From NCBI GenBank assembly GCA_023958085.1, contig JAMLGI010000011.1:2904-66903 (forward strand): a stretch of DNA of 64,000 nucleotides, given 5' to 3'. The notes beneath the pieces were generated by a model. That model did no database searches, was not told where the DNA came from, and worked only from the letters and a program-made list of their open reading frames with translations. Shown here in pieces: positions 8,642-17,540 of this stretch (positions within the stretch are counted from its first letter, which is position 1; every line of letters begins with the position of its first letter). The translations under genes and the position numbers were made by a program. The DNA comes from Solirubrobacterales bacterium. GTDB lineage: Bacteria; Actinomycetota; Thermoleophilia; Solirubrobacterales; 70-9.

Positions 8642-9999
8642 GCGCCGGGACCCCCCGGGCCTCTGCCGGACGCAACCGGGAGTTGCTCGCCCTGGTTCCG
8701 GTCGCGCTGCTTCTGACGATCGGCTTCGCGGCCGTTTTCGCCCAGCGGGACAGCCAGCTATCCGATCTGAGCCTGTCCTACGGCCTGTACTTCCTGGCGG
8801 TCTGCCTCGCGACCCACATCTTCATCCGGATCCGGCTTCCGGACGCAGACCCGTACCTGTTCCCGCTGATGGCGCTGTTGACCTCGATCGGTCTGGTGAT
8901 GATCTACCGGCTGGATTCGGAGCTGGGCCGGGAGCTGGCCCGGGATCAGGCGAACTGGTTCGTGATCGGACTGATCCTGTTCGCCACGGTGGTCACTGTG
9001 TTGCGGGACTACTCGGTACTGGAGCGGTACCGATACACGATCGCGGTGGTCGGCATCCTGCTGCTGATGGCCCCCCGGCTGCCGGTGATCGGATCCCAGG
9101 TGAACGGGGCGTACCTGGGGGTCAACCTCGGATTCTTCTCGTTTCAGCCGGCCGAGATGGCGAAGCTCTGCATCGTGATCTTCCTCGCCAGCTACCTGCG
9201 GGAACACCGGGAGCTGCTGGTGGTCGGAGCCCGCCGGATCCTCGGGGTCACCCTGCCACCGCTGAAACATCTCGGCCCGCTGCTGCTGGTCTGGGGTGCG
9301 GCGATGCTGATGCTGGTGGTGATCCGCGATCTCGGCAGCTCCCTTATGTTCTTCGCCGCCTTCCTTGCCCTGATCTATGTCGCCACCGGACGACTCTCCT
9401 TCGTCGTGATCGGCATGGCCATGTTCCTCGCCGGATCCTGGCTGATCTATCACGCGGTTCCGCACGTGACCGACCGCGTGGACATCTGGCTGAATCCGTA
9501 CAGTGACCCGGCCGCCACCGGATACCAGGTGTTGCAGTCGATGTTCGCGATGGCCGACGGGGGACTGTTCGGGGAGGGTTTCGCCCAGTCGATGGTGGTG
9601 ATTCCGGGATCCACCGATTCACTGCTCCCCGCGGCCCACACCGACCTGATCTACAGCCTGATCGTCAGTGAGCTGGGACTGTTCGGTGGCTGCGGCGTGA
9701 TCGCGATCTATCTGCTGTTTGCGGCCCGCGGCTACAAGGTCGCGATGATGGCCGAGGACGGCTTCTCGAAGCTGCTCGCCACCGGACTCACCTCGGTTTT
9801 CGCGATCCAGGCGTTCGTGATCATCGGTGGTGTTACCCGGGTGATTCCGTTGACCGGGGTCACCCTGCCGCTGGTCTCGTACGGGGGAAGCTCGATCCTG
9901 GCCAACTTCATCCTGCTGGCGCTGCTGCTGCTGATCTCCGACCGGGCTCGACGGCAGGTCCGCCTGGATGCCCGGCCCGAGGAGTGGAGCACGCGGTGA
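8638..9999 (+). CDS. rodA: SEDS-family peptidoglycan polymerase (FtsW/RodA)
   Basis: Polytopic protein with the SEDS motifs FQPAE..K and LP..HTD.I. Its GTG start overlaps the pstP stop. Confidence 0.85.
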   Translation: MSAGTPRASAGRNRELLALVPVALLLTIGFAAVFAQRDSQLSDLSLSYGLYFLAVCLATHIFIRIRLPDADPYLFPLMALLTSIGLVMIYRLDSELGRELARDQANWFVIGLILFATVVTVLRDYSVLERYRYTIAVVGILLLMAPRLPVIGSQVNGAYLGVNLGFFSFQPAEMAKLCIVIFLASYLREHRELLVVGARRILGVTLPPLKHLGPLLLVWGAAMLMLVVIRDLGSSLMFFAAFLALIYVATGRLSFVVIGMAMFLAGSWLIYHAVPHVTDRVDIWLNPYSDPAATGYQVLQSMFAMADGGLFGEGFAQSMVVIPGSTDSLLPAAHTDLIYSLIVSELGLFGGCGVIAIYLLFAARGYKVAMMAEDGFSKLLATGLTSVFAIQAFVIIGGVTRVIPLTGVTLPLVSYGGSSILANFILLALLLLISDRARRQVRLDARPEEWSTR

Positions 10000-11438
10000 A
10001 CGCCCGGATCGTCAAACTCTTCACCTTCATCACCGTGCTGTTTGCGGTGCTGGTCGGCTTCACCTCCTGGTGGTCGGTGATCGACGCGAACAACCTCAAG
10101 GACCAGCGGGTGAACAAGCGGCCGCTGTTCGCAGCCCAGCAGATCAAGCGGGGCCGGATCCTGGCCGATGACGGCACCCTGATCGCCCGTTCGGTCCGCC
10201 GCGGACGGGGCGCCTCGGCCCAGTACGTACGGGAGTATCCGGAGGGAACCACCTGGGGGCATCCGATCGGCTACAGCTTTGCCGAGCAGGGCAACTCGGA
10301 GTTCGAGCAGTTCCACAACCGGGAGCTGATCGGGGAGGACTCGGAGTTCAGTTCGATAATCGATCAACTGCGCGGCAGGCGGCAGGTGGGACATGACGTG
10401 TTCACCAACCTGGTTCCCGCGGCCCAGCAGGCGGCCTTCGACGGACTGGCCGGCCGACCGGGTGCGGTGGTCGCGATCGAACCGTCGACCGGCAAGGTCC
10501 GGGCCCTGGTCAGCCAGCCTCCATACGACCCGAACCGGATCCCGGACGATCTCTCCGAACTCAACCGTGACCCCGGCTCGCCGCTACTCGACCGGGTCAC
10601 GCAGGGGCAGTATCCCCCCGGATCGACCTTCAAGCTGGTTACCGCGGCGGCAGCGATCGACTCCGGCAAGATCACCCGTGAAACCACGATCGATGCGCCT
10701 GCCTCGATCAACATTCAGGGCCATCCCCTGAGCAACGACGGCGGTTCCGGTTTCGGTGAGATCAACGTGACCACCGCGTTGACCCATTCGGTCAACACCT
10801 TCTTCGCCAAGCTTGGACGCCGGGTCGGCACCGCGACCCTGTTCGAGTACATGGAGCGATTCGGGTTCGGGAGCAAGCCGGAGATCGACCTGCCACGGGA
10901 TCAGCTTTCGGTGAGCGGCGTCTTCATCGGCGGGGCGCTGGCCGGCCCGGACGACGGCGTGGATGTGGCCCGGATCGCGATCGGCCAGGAGCGGCTGCTT
11001 GCCACCCCGATCCAGATGGCGGAGGTGGCCGCGACGATCGCCAACCGGGGTGACTTGATGAAGCCGACCCTGTGGCGGGAGGTACGGGATGTGGACGGGC
11101 GGACCCGTCGGGAGATGAAGCCGGAGAAGCAGGCCAGCGTGATCTCGGCCGAAAGTGCCGCCGAGCTGACCGAGGCGATGCGGGCGGTGGTCGACGAGGG
11201 CACCGGCACTGCCGCCGCGCTGAGCGGGGTGGACGTGGCCGGGAAGACCGGTACTGCCGAGGTGCCGGACAAGGTGGCCTGCGCCGGCCTGCCGAACCAG
11301 GCCTGGTTCGTCGGGTTCGCCCCGGCGGACGATCCGCAGATTGCAGTCGCGGCCACGGTCGAGTGCACCGACGGCCAGGGCGGTACGGTGGCCGCACCGA
11401 TCGCGGCATCCGTAATGCAAACCCTGATTGGCGGTTAG
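9984..11438 (+). CDS. pbpA: Class B penicillin-binding protein (transpeptidase)
   Basis: N-terminal TM plus the STFK, SVN and KTGTA motifs. Confidence 0.88.
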   Translation: MEHAVNARIVKLFTFITVLFAVLVGFTSWWSVIDANNLKDQRVNKRPLFAAQQIKRGRILADDGTLIARSVRRGRGASAQYVREYPEGTTWGHPIGYSFAEQGNSEFEQFHNRELIGEDSEFSSIIDQLRGRRQVGHDVFTNLVPAAQQAAFDGLAGRPGAVVAIEPSTGKVRALVSQPPYDPNRIPDDLSELNRDPGSPLLDRVTQGQYPPGSTFKLVTAAAAIDSGKITRETTIDAPASINIQGHPLSNDGGSGFGEINVTTALTHSVNTFFAKLGRRVGTATLFEYMERFGFGSKPEIDLPRDQLSVSGVFIGGALAGPDDGVDVARIAIGQERLLATPIQMAEVAATIANRGDLMKPTLWREVRDVDGRTRREMKPEKQASVISAESAAELTEAMRAVVDEGTGTAAALSGVDVAGKTGTAEVPDKVACAGLPNQAWFVGFAPADDPQIAVAATVECTDGQGGTVAAPIAASVMQTLIGG

Positions 11439-11441
11439 AGG

Positions 11442-13274
11442 TTGAATCGAATTGGCGTGGGATCTGTGGTCGACGACCGCTACCGGATCGATGAGCGAAT
11501 CGGGGTCGGCGGGATGGCTGATGTCTGGCTGGCCTCCGACCTTGAACTGCCGCGTCAGGTTGCCCTGAAGATCCTCCATGAGCGCTTCGTGGCCGACCCC
11601 CAGTTCACCGAACGCTTTCGTCGCGAGGCGGAAGCGGCGGCCCGGCTGCAGCACGTGAACATCGTTCCGATTTTCGATCGCGGCCGGGTCGGAGACACCT
11701 ACTACATCGCGATGGCCTACATCGATGGCCGCACCCTGCGCGACCTGATCCGGATCGGACTCACTCCCGCCGAATCGATCTCGATCGTGCGCCAGATCCT
11801 CGAGGCGGCCGGGTTCGCCCACCGTCACGGGGTGATCCACCGTGACCTGAAGCCCCTCAACGTCCTGGTTGACGATTCGGGTCTGGTCACGGTCACCGAC
11901 TTCGGGATCGCCCGGGCCGGGGTCGGCGGGATCACCGACGAGGGATCGGTGCTGGGGACGATCCGGTACCTGTCCCCGGAGCAGGCCCAGGGTCAGGACG
12001 TGACCCCCCTGTCCGACCTTTACTCGATCGGGATCGTGCTCTACGAATGCCTCACCGGGCGGGTCCCGTTCGACGGCGACTCGGCGGTCGAGATCGCGAT
12101 GAAACAGATGCGGGAGGAGCCGCTACCGCCGAGTGCCTGGAACCCGGCGGTCTCCCCGGCGCTCGATGCCGTCGTCCTGAAGTCGCTCAGCCGGGAGCCC
12201 TACAACCGCTTCCCGGACGCCGACAGTTTCATCGACGCACTCGACCGGGTCGAGGATGAACCGCCGGCCCCGGAGGCCGGTGGCTCCCGCTGGAAATGGT
12301 TCGCGATTGCCGCCGCCGGAGTGCTGCTCTTCCTGATCATCTGGGGGCTCCTGCGTTCGAACACGGTTGCGGTGCCCGACGTCACCGGCGAGAACCTCGA
12401 TGCGGCGGTGACCACGTTGACCAACGAGGACTTCAAGGTCGGGACGATCCAGCGGGTGAAACGGCAGGGCCCGGCCAACCGGGTGCTCAAACAGGATCCG
12501 CGGGACGAGGCGTCCCGGGACTGCGCCCTGTTCGGGTGGTTCTGTTCCAATCCCCCGGTTGACCTGGTGGTCAGCGGCGGTCCGGGCCGGGTGAAGGTCC
12601 CGGACGTGACCGGCCTCAACCGGTCCGAGGCCCAGGCGCAGCTCGATCAGGCCGGGTTCGGGGTGGAGGCGGAAAGCCGCTCCTCGGACTCGGTCCCGAA
12701 GGACACGGTGATCGAGACCGATCCACCGGCCGGTGAAAGCGTGGCCCGTGGCAGCACCGTGACCATGCTGGTTTCGAGCGGCGTCGAACAGGTGAAGGTG
12801 CCGGCGGTGGTCGGGATGCCTCTGGACGCAGCCAGGCAGCAGCTTTCCGCGGTCGGACTGGAACTCGAAACGAGCAAGGAGCCCGGTGATCGGCCGAAGG
12901 ACGAGGTGCTGGAACAGTCGCCCTCGGCCGGTACCCGGGTCGAACCCGGCAGTTCGGTTTCGCTGGTGATCTCATCCGGCCCGCAGAAGCAGACCGTGCC
13001 GAACGTGGTCGGCTCGACCCGATCGGAGGCGGAATCGACCCTGGGCGCAGCCGGTTTCACGGTCACGGTCCAGGAGCAACCGACCACGATCCAGCCGCAG
13101 GACGGCAGGGTAATCGACCAGTCGCCGGCCGGCAACAGTGAGGCCGACCCGGGCAGCAGGGTGACCATCACCGTCGGCAGCTACAGCGGCGGGTCCGACG
13201 GTGGTGGCGGAGGTTCCGGTGGTGGAGGCTCCGGTGGCGGGGGCTCCGGGTCCGGGGGAATCGGCCCCGGCTGA
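11442..13274 (+). CDS. pknB: PknB-type Ser/Thr kinase with four PASTA repeats and a Gly/Ser-rich tail
   Basis: Kinase motifs HRDLKPLN, DFG and SPEQ, one TM helix, and four VPDVxG/VPxVVG-initiated PASTA units. The protein ends in GGSDGGGGGSGGGGSGGGGSGSGG. Confidence 0.9.
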   Translation: MNRIGVGSVVDDRYRIDERIGVGGMADVWLASDLELPRQVALKILHERFVADPQFTERFRREAEAAARLQHVNIVPIFDRGRVGDTYYIAMAYIDGRTLRDLIRIGLTPAESISIVRQILEAAGFAHRHGVIHRDLKPLNVLVDDSGLVTVTDFGIARAGVGGITDEGSVLGTIRYLSPEQAQGQDVTPLSDLYSIGIVLYECLTGRVPFDGDSAVEIAMKQMREEPLPPSAWNPAVSPALDAVVLKSLSREPYNRFPDADSFIDALDRVEDEPPAPEAGGSRWKWFAIAAAGVLLFLIIWGLLRSNTVAVPDVTGENLDAAVTTLTNEDFKVGTIQRVKRQGPANRVLKQDPRDEASRDCALFGWFCSNPPVDLVVSGGPGRVKVPDVTGLNRSEAQAQLDQAGFGVEAESRSSDSVPKDTVIETDPPAGESVARGSTVTMLVSSGVEQVKVPAVVGMPLDAARQQLSAVGLELETSKEPGDRPKDEVLEQSPSAGTRVEPGSSVSLVISSGPQKQTVPNVVGSTRSEAESTLGAAGFTVTVQEQPTTIQPQDGRVIDQSPAGNSEADPGSRVTITVGSYSGGSDGGGGGSGGGGSGGGGSGSGGIGPG

Positions 13275-13302
13275 CCCGGGAACCGCTAACGTTTCGACCG
13301 CG

Positions 13303-14286
13303 ATGAGAGTGGCGGTGATCAGCGGCGGGCGATCGAGCGAGCATGAGATCTCCCTCCGGTCCGGCGCCTCGGTCGTCACCGGCCTGTTGGCCGCCGGCCA
13401 TGAGGTGACCGCGATCCGGATCGAGCGAGCCGGAGAGTGGCTGCTCGACGGCGAGCCGGTTTCGATCCGGCCGGCCGACGGCCTCTACGTCGGCCCGGAG
13501 AGGCTGCCGCTAGATGCGGCCTTCCCCGTCCTGCACGGACCGTTCGGTGAGGACGGAGTCACCCAGGGTGCGCTGGAAACGGCGGGTATTCCCTACGTCG
13601 GCTCGGACGTGCTCGGCTCGGCGGTTGCGATGGACAAGCTCACCCTGAAGAAGGTGTGCGGATTTCACCGGGTTCCCCAGGTGGAGTTCGTCGAGGTCGG
13701 AACCCCGGGCTGGGAGCGGGCCGCGAGCGAACTGGGGTTTCCGCTCTGGGTGAAGCCGTCGAGACTCGGATCCAGTGTGGGGATCACCCGGGTCGAGACT
13801 GCCGGGGAGCTTCCCGCCGCGGTCAAAGATGCGGCCGGACACGATCCGAGGGTGATCATCGAGGCGCACTGCGACGGCCGGGAGGTGGAGTGCTCGGTGC
13901 TTGGCAACGACGAGGTGGAGGCCTCGCTCCCGGGCGAGATCCTCGCCGATGCTGAGTGGTACGACTTCGAGGCGAAGTACACCGAGGGACGGATGCGACT
14001 CGCGGTGCCGGCCGATCTGGATCAGGCAACGACCGAGCGGGTCCGTCGGCTCGCGACCGAGGTCTTCCGTCTGGCCGGCGGGTCCGGCCTGGCCCGGTGC
14101 GACTTCTTTGTCGAGGCGGACGGGACCGTCCTGCTGAACGAGATCAACACGATTCCGGGTTTCACCGAAACCTCGGTTTACAGCAAGCTCTGGGAGGCCA
14201 CCGGCCTGCCCTACCCGGATCTCTGCGACCGGCTGGTCCGGCTGGCGATCGAGCGCCACCACGCCGACGCGGACCACTCATTCTGA
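13303..14286 (+). CDS. ddl: D-alanine--D-alanine ligase
   Basis: MRVAVISGGRSSEHEISLRSG N-terminus, ATP-grasp motifs and LNEINTIPGFT. The internal ATG is preferred because ORF start 13201 overlaps pknB. Confidence 0.9.
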   Translation: MRVAVISGGRSSEHEISLRSGASVVTGLLAAGHEVTAIRIERAGEWLLDGEPVSIRPADGLYVGPERLPLDAAFPVLHGPFGEDGVTQGALETAGIPYVGSDVLGSAVAMDKLTLKKVCGFHRVPQVEFVEVGTPGWERAASELGFPLWVKPSRLGSSVGITRVETAGELPAAVKDAAGHDPRVIIEAHCDGREVECSVLGNDEVEASLPGEILADAEWYDFEAKYTEGRMRLAVPADLDQATTERVRRLATEVFRLAGGSGLARCDFFVEADGTVLLNEINTIPGFTETSVYSKLWEATGLPYPDLCDRLVRLAIERHHADADHSF

Positions 14287-14313
14287 GTTGCGGCGATCGG
14301 GTTCCGACCGTGA

Positions 14314-15828
14314 TCAGTGGAACAGCCGGATGTCGCTGACCGCCACGCTGAACTGGTCGTCGACCCCGGCGGGCCGGGTGATCCAGAGCAGGTAGTAGCG
14401 GTACTTGCGGCCGGCGGTAGCGAGATCGAAGCGCTGCCGCTTGCCGACGTCGTTCACCTTGCCCAGTGCGGTCCAGCCCCCGTCCAGGTTTTCCGGCACC
14501 GGCTCGTTGGCACCCCAGACCTCGAGATCCCAACCGGGGGTGGGGGACCGAATCTCCATCTCGGAGGCCGCGACCGGTTTGCCGGCGTCCACGTACAGAC
14601 CGACGCCGCGCTTGCCGCTGAGGTCCTCGGTGGCGTAGCTTTCGGTGGTCCAGGCGGTGGCACTGCGGTCCGAGTCGATCGCCAGCGCGGCCTCCTCGGT
14701 GTGTTCGGTCTGGTCGCCCTCCGGGTCGTAGTCGGCGGCGGCAACCAGCGGAATCTGGCGGGCGGTGCCGGAGCTGCCTCCGGCCCCGCCGCCGCCACCC
14801 CCGCCGGTGTCGCCCCGGGAGATGAACCAGGCGGTTCCGGCGGCGATCATCAGCGCAACCAGCAGCAGGGCCACGGCCGGCCACGGCGAGGTCTTCCTTG
14901 CCAGCGGTGCCTGACGCCGCGGGGAGGGCACCGCATCGAGCACCGAGGTCGCCTGGTCGGAGCTGCCGCCCCCACGGATCGCCTCGACCTCGAGCGCGGC
15001 CTGCATCTCGTCGGACATCTCGCCGATCGTCTGGTATCGGTCCTCCGGATTCTTGGCGGTCGCCCGGTCGATCACCCGGCCGGAGGCGGCGGAAATGTCC
15101 GGCCGGAGCTCCTGGACGTCGGGCAGGTCGTCGTTGACGTGCTTCATCGCGACGCCGATCTGGTTCTCGGCCGTGAACGGGACGTCCCCGGTCAGCATCT
15201 CGTACAGGACGATCCCCAGCGAGTAGATGTCCGAGCGGGGGTCGACCTCCTTGCCCATCGCCTGTTCCGGGGCCACGTAGTCGGTGGTGCCGAGCACCCG
15301 CCCGGGGGCGGTCACCCCCTCCTCGTCCAGTTGACGGGAAATCCCGAAGTCGGTCAGCTTGGCCCGGCCGGTCGAGTCGATCAGGACGTTCTGGGGTTTC
15401 ACGTCCCGGTGGACCATCTCGCCGTCGTGGGCGACCTGGAGCGCCTGGGCGATCTCGAGGCCGTAGGCCAGCGCCTCGGTCGCGTCGAGCGCCCCGACCC
15501 GCGCGATCCGCTGCTTCAGGGTTTCACCCTGGACGTACTCGAAAACGATGTAGGGGCGTCCCCCGTCCTCGCCGGCGTCGATCACCGAAACCACATTCGG
15601 GTTGGAAAGCTTGGCGACCGCGCGGGCTTCCTGGTTGAACCGTTCGAGCTGATCCGGTTGTTCGGTCATCTCGCGGTGCATCAGTTTCACCGCGACCGGA
15701 CGGTCGAGCACCTCGTCCCGGGCGAGGTACACGGTGGACATGCCGCCACTGCCGAGCTTCGCTTCCAGCCGGTAACGGCCCGACAGGACGGTACCGATCA
15801 TCTGTGCGCTGGCAGGCGGTTGGCTCAT
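14314..15828 (-). CDS. Ser/Thr protein kinase with one TM and a C-terminal ~150 aa extracytoplasmic beta-rich domain
   Basis: Motifs GSGGMSTVY, VAVK, HRDVKPQN, DFG and APEQ. A TM helix (WPAVALLLVALMIAAGTAWFI) follows a Gly run. The C-terminal domain ends ...YLLWITRP...DIRLFH. Confidence 0.85.
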   Translation of the reverse strand: MSQPPASAQMIGTVLSGRYRLEAKLGSGGMSTVYLARDEVLDRPVAVKLMHREMTEQPDQLERFNQEARAVAKLSNPNVVSVIDAGEDGGRPYIVFEYVQGETLKQRIARVGALDATEALAYGLEIAQALQVAHDGEMVHRDVKPQNVLIDSTGRAKLTDFGISRQLDEEGVTAPGRVLGTTDYVAPEQAMGKEVDPRSDIYSLGIVLYEMLTGDVPFTAENQIGVAMKHVNDDLPDVQELRPDISAASGRVIDRATAKNPEDRYQTIGEMSDEMQAALEVEAIRGGGSSDQATSVLDAVPSPRRQAPLARKTSPWPAVALLLVALMIAAGTAWFISRGDTGGGGGGGAGGSSGTARQIPLVAAADYDPEGDQTEHTEEAALAIDSDRSATAWTTESYATEDLSGKRGVGLYVDAGKPVAASEMEIRSPTPGWDLEVWGANEPVPENLDGGWTALGKVNDVGKRQRFDLATAGRKYRYYLLWITRPAGVDDQFSVAVSDIRLFH

Positions 15829-15854
15829 CTCTTCTGGAATATTCTCGACCTGGG

Positions 15855-16682
15855 GTGCCTGCCGAGTTCCACTACATCACTGATCCGGCCTGCGAAAACT
15901 CATGGGCCGTCGAGCCTATCCTGCGGCGACTCGAGTGGGAGTTCGACGGCGAGTTGCGGGTGAAAAGAATCATGGCCGGTCTGGCCCGCTCGTTTGCCGG
16001 GACGGAAACCGAGCGGCTGGGGTCATGGATCGATGCTGCAGCTTGCTCTGGCATGCCTCTTGATCCTCGCATCTGGAGGGAAAACCCTCCTCAAGGAACC
16101 TACCCGGCCTGTATGTCGGTAAAGGCGGCAGGCGAGCAGGGCACGGATCTGGAGGGCGCCTTCCTGCGCCGGTTGCGGGTGGCGATCATGTGTGAGCGCC
16201 GCTTTCCGGACAGCCCGGGATCCTTCGAGGGGCTGGCCGCGGAGGCCGGGCTCGACGTCCGCCGCTTCGGGATCGACCTGGAGTCGACCGCGACCCTGGA
16301 GTCTTTCGGGGCCGATCTCGAGGCTGCCCGTGAGGCCGGCGGCGAGACGCCAGCCGGACTCTTCCGGCCCGCTGCGGAGCGTGACGGCCCGGCTTCCCCG
16401 GGGGTGGCAGGTGACATCCATCGGGTCGGATCCGGATCCGGGTTCGAGGAGTGGAGGGGTGCCGCCCTGGCGGCCGGGGCCCGGCCGGTGAGGACGGCCC
16501 GCCCCTCGATCACCGAGGCGATCGAACGGTTCGGACCGTTGTCCGGGGCCGAACTGAAAGCGCTGACCGGCCTGCCGGAACCGGTGCTGGAAGCCGAGCT
16601 CTGGAGCGGGGCCCGGGAGTGGCGCTACCGGCCGAGCCGCTACCTGACCGGAACCATCTGGGAGCCGGTCGGGTCGATCTGA
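15855..16682 (+). CDS. DsbA/thioredoxin-fold family protein lacking the CxxC dyad
   Basis: FHYITDPACENSW occupies the position where DsbA-family proteins carry DPxCPWC. The start is uncertain: GTG 15855, or GTG 15804 which overlaps the divergent kinase start. Confidence 0.5.
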   Translation: MPAEFHYITDPACENSWAVEPILRRLEWEFDGELRVKRIMAGLARSFAGTETERLGSWIDAAACSGMPLDPRIWRENPPQGTYPACMSVKAAGEQGTDLEGAFLRRLRVAIMCERRFPDSPGSFEGLAAEAGLDVRRFGIDLESTATLESFGADLEAAREAGGETPAGLFRPAAERDGPASPGVAGDIHRVGSGSGFEEWRGAALAAGARPVRTARPSITEAIERFGPLSGAELKALTGLPEPVLEAELWSGAREWRYRPSRYLTGTIWEPVGSI

Positions 16683-16683
16683 C

Positions 16684-17502
16684 CTACGGCCGTGCGGTCC
16701 GCCCCGCCCGGGTCCTGACCAGAATCAGCGTTCCGAACAGGCCCCGATAGATCGCGTAGGGAGTGAGGGCGCGATCCCGTTCGACCAGACCGATCAGTCG
16801 GTGTGAGACCACGGTCGAGGCAAACGAGGCGGCCAGCCCCAGGCCGAGCAGCCGGCGTTCGCGGCGTCCGATCCGGCGTCGGGCGAGCCGCACACCTTTC
16901 AGTCCGACCGCACCGAGGATCACCGGCAGGGCGACCGTGCGGGAGAGCAGGTTGGCCTGGTCCCGGGTGAAGCCACGCAGCCGGGCGGCGGTCAGGGTGG
17001 CCCCGTTTCGGGAAACTCCGGGCATCAGGGCGCAGGCCTGGGCTATCCCGAGGGCAAGTCCGTCGAGGAGTCCGGCGTCACCCTTGCCGCGACGCTGCGG
17101 CCGACGGTCGGCGAGCGACATCGCGATTCCGCCCAGGATCAGTCCGGCTGCGGTCGCGCGGGGCCCCCCGAGACGGGACTCGATCGTCCGTTCGAAGCCG
17201 AGTCCGACCGCGGCCGCCGGCAGAAACGAAAGCGCCAGAATGGCGGCGTGACGAAGATCGAGGTGTTCAAGCTCGGCGGCGATCTCCTCCCGCCGGACCA
17301 GCAACAGGGCCAGCGCGGTCCCGCCGTGGAGTGCCACCTCGAAACTCTTGCGGAGTTCCGGATCGAGTCGTTCCCAGTCCCATCCGGCCAGCCTGGGGAT
17401 GACCGCCAGATGGGCCGAGCTGGAAACCGGCAGCAGCTCGGTCGGTCCCTGGATTACCCCGAGCGCAATCGCCTGGCTGGTGTCACTCCTCCCGAAAATC
17501 AG
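16684..17502 (-). CDS. uppP: Undecaprenyl-diphosphate phosphatase (BacA/UppP); start codon non-canonical or unresolved
   Basis: The frame upstream of ORF start 17337 stays open to 17529 and encodes the conserved N-terminus QAIALGVIQGPTELLPVSSSAHL. It contains no ATG, GTG or TTG, so CTG 17502, ATT 17499 and ATC 17511 are the only candidates. Confidence 0.8.
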   Translation of the reverse strand: MIFGRSDTSQAIALGVIQGPTELLPVSSSAHLAVIPRLAGWDWERLDPELRKSFEVALHGGTALALLLVRREEIAAELEHLDLRHAAILALSFLPAAAVGLGFERTIESRLGGPRATAAGLILGGIAMSLADRRPQRRGKGDAGLLDGLALGIAQACALMPGVSRNGATLTAARLRGFTRDQANLLSRTVALPVILGAVGLKGVRLARRRIGRRERRLLGLGLAASFASTVVSHRLIGLVERDRALTPYAIYRGLFGTLILVRTRAGRTARP

Positions 17503-17540
17503 ACTCCGGATCCTATTCGGGACTAGTATTCACGGGTTCA

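Noticed and set aside
13201-13302. Upstream extension of the ddl ORF, and the GGS-coding triplet repeat at the pknB 3' end as a separate feature
   Set aside because: The extension is the alternative frame of the pknB Gly/Ser tail. Ddl homology starts at MRVAVISGG (13303). The Gly/Ser tract is ordinary low complexity within pknB.
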